From NCBI GenBank assembly GCA_040901675.1, contig JBBDYJ010000019.1:1-33820 (forward strand): 33,820 nt of DNA, written 5' to 3'. The translations under genes and the position numbers were made by a program. The DNA comes from Pirellulales bacterium. Its GTDB lineage: Bacteria; Planctomycetota; Planctomycetia; Pirellulales; JAICIG01. The notes beneath the pieces were generated by a model. It was given only the letters and a program-made list of their open reading frames with translations, ran no database searches and had not been told where the DNA came from. Below are positions 1 to 7,767 of this stretch, piece after piece (the first letter of the stretch is position 1; each line of letters opens with the position of its first letter).

Positions 1-108
1 ACACGGCACTATCATGACGCTCGCGAAACACCGAAGTTATTCTTCGGGCGTTCCTAAGCCGGTGACCTGAGCCGCCCACTAGACTAGACTAGAATCATCG
101 AGTGCTGT

Positions 109-492
109 TCAGCCTGTGCCCATCATAGCGTCACAAATTGAGCATTTCCGGAATCGTCCGGACATCACGCGAGTCGTTGGATGTTTCCTGTGTTGGGTTT
201 CCCAACACTTCGGACAATAGAGCGTTTCGTCACCCTCAAATTGATAGCAGCCCCACTTGAGCTTGGGCTTCTCATTGGTGGCCTTGTCCTTCAATGCGGC
301 ATTCTCTACTTGAAGCCGCACAATCTCATGCTTAAGCGTCGCCATTTCAAGACTGACCTCTGCCATTTGCATCGCCAAGTCGGCGATCATTTGCTTCATC
401 TCGGCGTTCGAAAGTGCCTTTGAGGCTTCGAAAAGCTTCTTGGCATTGACAGCGGCGGAAGCGAGCAACGTGAATGGTGCTACGATGTCCAT
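109..492 (-). CDS. Small coiled-coil + C-terminal zinc-ribbon protein (127 aa), mobile-element type hypothetical
   Basis: ATG at 492 with GGAG 9 nt upstream; heptad-like segment (MIADLAMQMAEVSLEMATLKHEIVRLQVENAALK) followed by YCPKC...CSIC. Confidence 0.8.
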   Translation of the reverse strand: MDIVAPFTLLASAAVNAKKLFEASKALSNAEMKQMIADLAMQMAEVSLEMATLKHEIVRLQVENAALKDKATNEKPKLKWGCYQFEGDETLYCPKCWETQHRKHPTTRVMSGRFRKCSICDAMMGTG

Positions 493-692
493 GCTTGTGG
501 GCTCCAATATCGCTTCACTCGGTACTACCGTTTCGTCTCGTGAAACTTCGGACGTCAGTAGGGCGGGCAACCCGGGGATTTAGCACTTGATGCGACCGAT
601 CATCTTTGAGCGTTCCCCCGCCGCCGCTCCCTCCGCTCTCGCCCCCATCGCCGCCCGCACCCCCCGCTGACATACAGGCCCCGTCGGCACAG

Positions 693-736
693 TACACCTC
701 ACAGGGCTCGAACCTGTAACCTTCGGTTCCGTAGAC
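693..736 (-). repeat. att site: duplicated 3' part of tRNA-Arg(ACG)
   Basis: tacacctcacagggctcgaacctgtaaccttcggttccgtagac matches 7372-7415 at 43/44 positions (t699 vs c7378). Confidence 0.95.
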
Positions 737-810
737 GCCAGCCCCGTTGCCCCAAGTCTAGACCCCGCCAGGCCGTTGCGCCAAGACGCGGGACTGGCCG
801 TGCCCGCGGG

Positions 811-951
811 GTGCGGAGCCCGTCGAGTGCCGTCCCTGGGCGAGCGCTCCCGCCCGATCTGGCCCGCGTCGTAGCCGCCTGGGGCGATCTGCCCGACGCG
901 ATAAAGGATGGGATTGGGGTGTTGGCCAAGGCAGGAAACCGAGCTCCTTGA
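811..951 (+). CDS. Short att-adjacent peptide or integrase-tail remnant (PDLARVVAAWGDLPDAIKDGIGVLAK motif)
   Basis: Translated by hand (46 aa from GTG 811; frame is open from 610 through the att). The motif resembles short helical peptides I recall next to tRNA att sites in planctomycetes; start uncertain. Confidence 0.4.
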   Translation: MRSPSSAVPGRALPPDLARVVAAWGDLPDAIKDGIGVLAKAGNRAP

Positions 952-1009
952 AACACAATCAGGAAGGGACGACAAGCGAATCGGTTGAACTGACACTGCA
1001 ATGAGTTGC

Positions 1010-2308
1010 TCACGCCTTTCGTAAATATGCGCGGAGTTCGGCTGCCACCCCCGTCTCTCCGGCGTCGGCCAGAATGTCGGTCAGCGGCATAAGCTCTCTC
1101 TTCATCCGCTCGCGGTCGCGGCTCACGTCGAGGCAGCATTTTACTAACTCAGTCGAGTCTCGTCCGTCAAGGCCGGAAGTCCACCCAAGGTCGTTCGTCG
1201 TCTTGCCCTCCCGCTTCCACACTGCAACGCGCTCCACCGAGGCCCGGCAGACGCCCAAGAGTACTGCTTCGAGTGGCTCGCTGATCGGTACACTGTCGCG
1301 CGACTCCCGCCGGCCGCGCGCGCGCCAGTCTTTGCCCGCGATTAGCCCCTTGAGCTCGAAATGCAATTCGCAGTACGCCCCCAGATCCCCATTCCGAAGG
1401 ATCATCTCCAACGCTGGGGAAAGACCGAGAAATAGGCGACCGCGGGCCTCGGGGGACGTGTCTCCTTCAATGACCGACAGGAGTGCGTGGACCGAAAAGC
1501 GCCCGCCGTGGGCCTCGTTCAAGGCACCAAATGGCCAGCGCGCTACTACCAAATCGGTCACCCGGAGCCACGCCTCTTCCAATTCAGCGGTTTTCAAACC
1601 GGCACCACGAAAGCAATCGGTCGCACCCACGAGCGCCCCGTGGAGAAAGTCGGTCAGCGCCGCGGCGTCCGACCAGTCCAGGGCTAGGGCCTGACGGAAG
1701 TACTCGTCGAGCTCCTTCACCCGGCTCCCCTGCGCAAGCAAGCTCGTTCTGACCGCCGCTGCGCCTAGGACGCGCGAGACGCACCGCAGCGCGTCTCCGT
1801 GCCCCCCTGCCGCGGCCCGGCGCATGAAGGTCGGCAATTCCGGCGTCGGCGCCGCCCAAGCCAAATCAACGAGGCGATCCACGGCGTAGCGTACTACGAC
1901 CGCGTGGGGCTCCGACTCGACGGACTCCGCTAGGAGACATCGCAGCGCCGGAAAGGTGTGCCAGAACCACCGCCGCAAGCAGGATAAAACTGACGCCTTC
2001 GTAAAAGGTGGCCACTCGCGCCATTTCGAGGCGATTGCGTCGACCATACGATCCTGCAATGTCTCGAACGGCGACGCGGGGTCAATGGCCAAGATGTCGT
2101 CGAGCAGCTGGAGAGCATTCAGAAGGGGGTCACCTGAGTCCCACGACAGTCGCGATTCAGTCAACTCCCTCTTCACGTGACTCTCCGGGACCGGCGCACC
2201 AAGCCGGGTGATGGCAGCGTCGCCCATCTTCGTCCACCAGGGCGCCTCCCGTTCGAGCGTTTCGCGCCACGTCGCACTACTGAGCTGCCTCGCCACTGTC
2301 ATCTCCAT
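1010..2308 (-). CDS. Alpha-helical protein (432 aa); probable C-terminal sensor part, or partner, of the STAND ATPase
   Basis: Overlaps the end of 2277..5804 by 32 nt in a different frame; Leu/Ala/Trp-rich helical-repeat-like composition; GGAG 7 nt before ATG. Confidence 0.75.
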   Translation of the reverse strand: MEMTVARQLSSATWRETLEREAPWWTKMGDAAITRLGAPVPESHVKRELTESRLSWDSGDPLLNALQLLDDILAIDPASPFETLQDRMVDAIASKWREWPPFTKASVLSCLRRWFWHTFPALRCLLAESVESEPHAVVVRYAVDRLVDLAWAAPTPELPTFMRRAAAGGHGDALRCVSRVLGAAAVRTSLLAQGSRVKELDEYFRQALALDWSDAAALTDFLHGALVGATDCFRGAGLKTAELEEAWLRVTDLVVARWPFGALNEAHGGRFSVHALLSVIEGDTSPEARGRLFLGLSPALEMILRNGDLGAYCELHFELKGLIAGKDWRARGRRESRDSVPISEPLEAVLLGVCRASVERVAVWKREGKTTNDLGWTSGLDGRDSTELVKCCLDVSRDRERMKRELMPLTDILADAGETGVAAELRAYLRKA

Positions 2309-5300
2309 TCTCGGGCTCCACGGACCTCCTCAGCCGTTCGATTGCACGATGACACCAGCCGAGGGAGCGACCAAGCCACTCTTCCCCCGTCGCCTCCGGC
2401 CGCTGCAGCACGACCCCCAGCGCCTGAAGTTGCCGGACAAGCGGGTTGACTTCCAGACCGCCAGGAACGGGTTCGTCCGGTTCGCTTTCGGCGCGTTGCA
2501 ACAGTCGGATCAGCCCGTCGTCCTCCTGGTGTGGCCAGCCGGTGCCCCTTCCCAGTAGATCGGGCGACACGCCGCGATGCACTCTGAACAACTTCTCCTC
2601 GCGTGGGTCGGCCGGTTCGCTGATCTCGCCGGCTGCCGCGGCTCTGGTCACTTCCGCTTCTTCTTCTGGTGTCAATATCCCCCAAGGCCGCACGTCAGAT
2701 AGCTCTCGAATCAGCACATCGACCCTGATGCCCGACCGCCGGATCGCGTCGACCACTGCCTGTTTCAATTCCTGGTCGAGATTGGCCGCTAGCCGGCGTC
2801 GGTGGAGCCGCCGAACGTCATCAAGGCTTTCAACCTGCGCGACCGAATCGTTGGACAGGAGTCGCACGGTTTCCATCACATGCCAGTCCTTGCGCGGAGC
2901 GGCACCGCAGGCCGAGTCGTACAGAACAAGCAACGGAAGTGCGACCACCGCCGCGAACCGCGCGCCGAATGCAACGTCTGCTAACTCCCGAAACGCGCTT
3001 GGGTCGTCGAGTTGGGCTAGCTCTCCAAATGCCTGGCTGATGGCGGCGGCAATGCGCACGATCGGTTTTCCCTCCTTGTCCGCGTCCAACGTCGTAAGTC
3101 GCGCGTCTTCGTCAAATCTCGGCGCGAACTCCGCTTCAACAGGAAAGTCGGTGCCCGTCGCTTCCGCAAGCGCCGACAGGAGCCTGCGACTCGATGGCCA
3201 TCGGAGCCGCTGCTTGACCTCAACGAGCTTTGCCACAAACTCGATCGCAGTCTTCCCCCATGTGCCAACATTGCCAGCAATCAACCCCGGCGTGTGCAGG
3301 ATGTTGATGAGATCGTCACCAAACACGAATCGACGGCTGACCAACACCTCCGCGATTGCGTCTCCGCGCACGGAGACAGTGAACCCAGCGATTGCCCGGT
3401 AGACGGCGTGAGCCCCAGTCACTTCACCGGTTGCGACGATTGCCGTAACAGCCTTGAGCAGCTCACCAAAGTCATACCCGTCAACGATCTCGGCCAGGGT
3501 GACGAGCCATTCCCTGGTTGCGGGGTCCCGAAACGATTCGGTTGAGATGACCCTCGCAAGCACTGTCTTGATTGTTCGGCGAGTCGTCGAGTGACCGGCA
3601 CGGAGTCGTGCCAGATCGCGGGAAGCCAGGCGCCGGACTGCCTCGGAGGCCGACTCGCCGGTGCCTGGGGCGACTTGCAATTCGTACTCCACGGTAATGG
3701 CATGGAGTTCGTTCCCGTGTGACCCGAAGAAGCGGGCGTGATCCAGCTGGGCGACTTGGTTGACCCACTGCGTTGCGCCAAGGTGGACTGCCTGCGTCAC
3801 GGCCTCGACGAGGAGGTCGTCGCTAAGGTCACCGAGCACCGTGGCGGACGGCGAGCCCTCGAGGACGACCGCGAGGGCTTCGCGCGCGAGGCCCCTATTG
3901 TGCGACCACAGCTCGGAAAGAAACTCGGTCGGCGAGCCAGCATCTGGATTTGCTAACACCCACTTCATCGCGCCTGCTGCGCCGGACCGCGCGACGTGGT
4001 CAATCGGGCAGTCGGCCACGACACGCCTCGCGATCGTCACCGCCGATGCGGCCTCGCACCGTGACAGCAGTCGATCGAGTAGGGCGTACTCACGGAGCCA
4101 CTCGTGAATCCAAGCTACTGCACCGGCGCCCCGCTCGCGGATGACTCCCTCGCGCAGGAGCATCTGTACACCCTCGACAACCTGCGGGTTGGTGGAGTTC
4201 CGCGTCACAGCCAGTTCCCCCTCAAGCGATCTGTCGCCAAGCAAGACGGCAGCCTGCCGCTTAGACTCCTGGGAGCCCTCGCTGTCCCCCACCGCACGCT
4301 GCCCCTCGCTCACCCCGCGCACACGTCGCTTCCAGAATTCATCGATTACTCGAAATGCGGTGACCTCTCCACTCTCGGCGAGCGGCATGTCGTCGGGGGT
4401 GACAACGTCGGCATATAGCGATAGGAGGAAGGGATTCTGAAGCACTTGGACAAGCCGAGGGTTGGTCGGCACCGGTAGGCCCACCTCACCAAAAGCGGCT
4501 TCTACTTGCCTGGGCTCAAGGGGCAGGATGTCCACCCGTGTTAGCGGCGAAGTGGCATTTCCGAGCCATTCACGAACAGCCAAAACCTCTCGGCGGACGG
4601 TGACAAGTAGAGCGAGGTTTGGGAGGGCAGTAAGTGCTCCAAGCGCACGCTCCCAGTCCTTGCGAAGTTCGTGTGAGACTTCGTCGAGTCCGTCGAGCGC
4701 CAGCCACGTAGGACCGACCCCGCAGAGCATGCAGGCCAGTCGCACGACCGCCTCCAGGCCATCTCGGTCGAGGGTCCGCGACTCGACACGGAGGACGCGA
4801 CCAGGGTGCCGTCGGCCGGCCTCCTCATCGAATGCCATTTGGCTGGTGACCGTCTTGCCCACGCCCATGCCCGCGACAATCAGGTATGATTGCCCTGGGC
4901 TGTACTCAGGCGCCCGCTCCGCAAGCGTCCATCGGGTGGTCGGCCGTCCCGCTAGGCGGGACCACTGAACGAGCCGGATGCGCTGTCGAAAGCCCGAGGC
5001 CGCGCAAAACGAGAGTAAATTGCGGATACGCCCTTCAACCTCAAGCTCAAGCGTCGTCGTGCCCACGGCCTGAATGAACGTGTCGACGGTGAACCGAGCC
5101 TCACCCTTTTGCACGATCTCGTTGGTCAGCACCCCAGTCACGAATTTGTCGACGGCATCGGCACTGCCCTTGGCGAACACCCCAGTGAGTAGGAGTTTGA
5201 CGGACTGGTCCAGATCCTCGAACCGGTGCCGGGCGATGCCCAGCTGCCGGAGGAGAGACCTCGCTTCCTCGAAGGTGCAGGGCCGGGGCACCTTCTTTTT

Positions 5301-5804
5301 CCCGCCGTCTTCCTCGCCGGCGTAGTGACAGAGTCGGTAGACTGCTTCCTGGATGGCATCGTCTGTAGAGTCCATTCGGACTGGCAGCGAGTTCGGCACG
5401 TCGGCCAAGTCCAGGTTTTCCACGGCCTCCGCAATTCCTCCCAGATAGGTTAGCGTGTTTGGCGTCTGCTTGTCGGGATCGGTGACCCAGAGCGGGCGGA
5501 CACGGTCGGCATGGGTCCCGGAGGCAACCTCCTTCCGCAGTCGGTCGTAGAAGGCCAGTCGGTCGGGTCGAGTGATTTTGGTGTCTTTGCACTCGTGGAG
5601 GTCAACGATTCCGCCGGTAAATGCGAATCCGACATCCCAGCTTGGAGCACCCTCGCTGGACCGGCCTTCGATCGAGAATTCCGTCAGGATCGGCTCCGTC
5701 CAGTCCTGCGCCAGGACGCGCATCCCCAGAGCGCCGAGCACTCGATACGTCACGTACCGCTGCTGGTATCCCGCCAGCCCACGAAGGCTTGTGGCTCCGT
5801 TCAT
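2277..5804 (-). CDS. PD-(D/E)xK (Cap4/restriction endonuclease-like) nuclease fused to STAND/NACHT NTPase; Avs/NLR-like antiviral protein
   Basis: N-terminal GYQQ...E46...D57...E71-C-K73; Walker A AGMGVGKT; Walker B LALDGLDE; sensor-1 LLVTVR; NPFLL (GxP-equivalent); winged-helix WIHEWLREY; long helical C-terminus. Confidence 0.85.
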   Translation of the reverse strand: MNGATSLRGLAGYQQRYVTYRVLGALGMRVLAQDWTEPILTEFSIEGRSSEGAPSWDVGFAFTGGIVDLHECKDTKITRPDRLAFYDRLRKEVASGTHADRVRPLWVTDPDKQTPNTLTYLGGIAEAVENLDLADVPNSLPVRMDSTDDAIQEAVYRLCHYAGEEDGGKKKVPRPCTFEEARSLLRQLGIARHRFEDLDQSVKLLLTGVFAKGSADAVDKFVTGVLTNEIVQKGEARFTVDTFIQAVGTTTLELEVEGRIRNLLSFCAASGFRQRIRLVQWSRLAGRPTTRWTLAERAPEYSPGQSYLIVAGMGVGKTVTSQMAFDEEAGRRHPGRVLRVESRTLDRDGLEAVVRLACMLCGVGPTWLALDGLDEVSHELRKDWERALGALTALPNLALLVTVRREVLAVREWLGNATSPLTRVDILPLEPRQVEAAFGEVGLPVPTNPRLVQVLQNPFLLSLYADVVTPDDMPLAESGEVTAFRVIDEFWKRRVRGVSEGQRAVGDSEGSQESKRQAAVLLGDRSLEGELAVTRNSTNPQVVEGVQMLLREGVIRERGAGAVAWIHEWLREYALLDRLLSRCEAASAVTIARRVVADCPIDHVARSGAAGAMKWVLANPDAGSPTEFLSELWSHNRGLAREALAVVLEGSPSATVLGDLSDDLLVEAVTQAVHLGATQWVNQVAQLDHARFFGSHGNELHAITVEYELQVAPGTGESASEAVRRLASRDLARLRAGHSTTRRTIKTVLARVISTESFRDPATREWLVTLAEIVDGYDFGELLKAVTAIVATGEVTGAHAVYRAIAGFTVSVRGDAIAEVLVSRRFVFGDDLINILHTPGLIAGNVGTWGKTAIEFVAKLVEVKQRLRWPSSRRLLSALAEATGTDFPVEAEFAPRFDEDARLTTLDADKEGKPIVRIAAAISQAFGELAQLDDPSAFRELADVAFGARFAAVVALPLLVLYDSACGAAPRKDWHVMETVRLLSNDSVAQVESLDDVRRLHRRRLAANLDQELKQAVVDAIRRSGIRVDVLIRELSDVRPWGILTPEEEAEVTRAAAAGEISEPADPREEKLFRVHRGVSPDLLGRGTGWPHQEDDGLIRLLQRAESEPDEPVPGGLEVNPLVRQLQALGVVLQRPEATGEEWLGRSLGWCHRAIERLRRSVEPENGDDSGEAAQ

Positions 5805-6163
5805 TGTCTCGCTCGAACTGACTGGATATGGCTATGACGCGGTTTCGTCAATGCGGGCAACGGTCAGAAATTGGAGTCAGGATCGCAATCCCTCCGCGCG
5901 TGGGCGATGGCGCTGTGGCGTTTGACAGCATGTGTCGTCGTGATTATACGAAGTCTGCACTTGACGCATAAACGCTTCCCCTGACTGCCTTTTGGCAAGC
6001 AAGATTCGATCGCCGTCGTTGGGGCGACGACGACCTCTGCCAACTGGCCCATTTACTTGTCCGGGATGATCGCTGTGCTAGACTAGATCGGCGGTCACGC
6101 CCACTTGGAGCCGGCCGACCTCCGGAGCCAGACAGCTCCCGCCGCTGCGGGAAGCGGTGCATC

Positions 6164-6460
6164 TCATTCGTCTCCGTCACTCGCGACAATCCACTCTCGG
6201 AGCGAATACCCCTGCTCGTTGTTCTGGATCACGTCGTCCCGGCCGCAGACTATTCCTAATTCCTTCCGCAGGCGCTGGGTGACGTTGTCCCGAATCCGGT
6301 TGATGTAGCCGGTGACCGTGCCGGCGCCGCCCGGCGCTTTGATGGCCACTGCCAGCTCCTCCGCCGATCGGCGGACGTACCGCCGTGCGCTGTCCTGACG
6401 CCGAAGCGCTCCAAGAACCAGGAGGCACTGTCCAGGCCTGCGGTCACTGATAAATCCGCA
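6164..6460 (-). pseudogene. Truncated gene fragment with OmpR-like C-terminal winged helix-turn-helix
   Basis: SAEELAVAI...GTVTGYINRIRDNVTQRL...DDVIQNNEQGYSLREW resembles a wHTH recognition helix and wing; sequence upstream of ~6460 is not protein-like and has no credible start. Confidence 0.5.
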
Positions 6461-6575
6461 CGCCCAGGGAGATTCGCTGGGGGCCCGAGCAACGGCCCCG
6501 ACGGCGCACGTCGCCAGCCAATGAGGTAGCCACAATGCTCGAACCTGCTTGGATCCGCGGCGGACTGCTGGCGGC

Positions 6576-6600
6576 ACCTTCGGTCTGTTGGACCGAAGGT
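6576..6600. terminator. Perfect 10-bp hairpin downstream of 6618..7316 (possible terminator; see tRNA-relic finding)
   Basis: accttcggtc-tgttg-gaccgaaggt; no adjacent U-tract on the minus strand. Confidence 0.35.
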
Positions 6601-6617
6601 CACTCGCTGTTTTTTGG

Positions 6618-7316
6618 TTACTGAAGCAGTCCCTGCACAAAAGCGGCTGGATCGGAAAGAGCCTGAAACACACCGGTGAACAGGCGTCCGGCCATGCGGA
6701 AGAGTTCCCGTGCTTTTTCAGGCGGCAAGGCCGCCTCGATAACGATGCTCATCAGCACTCCGATCGCCGTATGCATCCACGCCTTTCGATCCTGCCTTAA
6801 GGCTGCCGATTTCAGGTAATTCAGCTTGTCCTCCACGAAGCGCCTGTGTTCAGCACCGATCTCGGTGGTGGCCAGCAGAAACTGCTTGATCTCATCTACA
6901 GCCTGCGCGACCTTCTCGACCTCGTCCGGGGTGATGTGCGCCTCCGATTGGGAGGTCGCGGCAGACGACAGCTCTTGTTCTCGCGCGATTTCCGCCCAAA
7001 GATTGGGGGTGGTCAGCTCGCGTCGAAGGAAGGTGAGCCAGCTTGCGACGCCGGTAAGAGTCCTTGCAAAGGAATCGAACCTAAGGTGCTGCCGGACTCG
7101 CGCCTGCGCGGGACTGATATTAATCGCGAAAGTCGAGGGAGGGTGGTTGATCTCCCGAAAGTCGCAATAGTAGCGGCTTCCCTTGTACGACAGCTTCGAA
7201 GCGTCCTTTGTGTGTTCCCACTCAAAGTGGGCAGGGTCGAAGCCCTCCTTCTGGATTACCTGGAACACGTCATGCTTCTGACTGTCGAGCAGGACGCCGA
7301 TGACGTCGTCTTCCAT
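6618..7316 (-). CDS. Hypothetical protein (232 aa), first cargo gene after the tRNA
   Basis: ATG 7316 (MEDDVIGVLLDSQKHDVF...); natural globular N-half and helical C-half (TPNLW...ITPDE...LNYLKSAALRQDRKAW); function not recognised. Confidence 0.8.
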   Translation of the reverse strand: MEDDVIGVLLDSQKHDVFQVIQKEGFDPAHFEWEHTKDASKLSYKGSRYYCDFREINHPPSTFAINISPAQARVRQHLRFDSFARTLTGVASWLTFLRRELTTPNLWAEIAREQELSSAATSQSEAHITPDEVEKVAQAVDEIKQFLLATTEIGAEHRRFVEDKLNYLKSAALRQDRKAWMHTAIGVLMSIVIEAALPPEKARELFRMAGRLFTGVFQALSDPAAFVQGLLQ

Positions 7317-7371
7317 CCAAGGTTTCCCGGAAGATGCAGGCTTTTGTGCACGCGGGCGCCCATCGCCCAAC

Positions 7372-7447
<76 letters not shown>

Positions 7448-7456
7448 AAGGCTTCC

Positions 7457-7484
7457 ATCGTACCGGAAAACCACGCCCGAACAA
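7457..7484 (-). promoter_or_regulatory. sigma70-like promoter of tRNA-Arg
   Basis: TTGTTC-16 nt-TACGAT, ending 11 nt before the tRNA 5' end. Confidence 0.55.
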
Positions 7485-7588
7485 GCCCGATGGCCGCCGC
7501 CGAAGGAGCCGCAAGAGACCGCCAAACGCAAACCGGAACCTGGAGCTTTCGAGGCCGCGATGCGCCAACCGCCGTCGATCGCCGCGTC

Positions 7589-7706
7589 TCTGCGTCAATC
7601 AGCGAAATCTGTGGATCCGGTCTTCTTCCATTGAGCCGGCCGACAGCACGAACACGGGTCCGCCTTCGGCGGAAAGAGATCCACAGATTACGCTGATTTG
7701 CGCAGA
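7589..7706. repeat. 28-bp imperfect inverted repeat (MITE/REPIN-like)
   Basis: tctgcgtcaatcagcgaaatctgtggat (7589-7616) vs atccacagattacgctgatttgcgcaga (7679-7706), 25/28 complementary; internal ccgccttcggcgg hairpin. Confidence 0.8.
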
Positions 7707-7710
7707 TTTT

Positions 7711-7759
7711 CCAGGACCCAAGATCCAAGCCCCAAGGCCAAAGGTCCAAGACCCAAGAA
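7711..7759. repeat. Heptamer tandem repeat, 7 x CCAAGAC-like
   Basis: ccaggac ccaagat ccaagcc ccaaggc caaaggt ccaagac ccaagaa. Confidence 0.85.
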
Positions 7760-7767
7760 CTTCTCTA

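Noticed and set aside
78..93. (ACTAG)x3 micro-repeat, with CTAGACTAGA again at 6078-6087
   Set aside because: Too short to separate from slippage or chance; no consistent spacing from the att sites
614..666. G-rich minus-strand tract next to the att (possible G-quadruplex; Gly-rich ORF 515..697)
   Set aside because: Long irregular loops in a GC-rich genome; the ORF is low-complexity with no RBS
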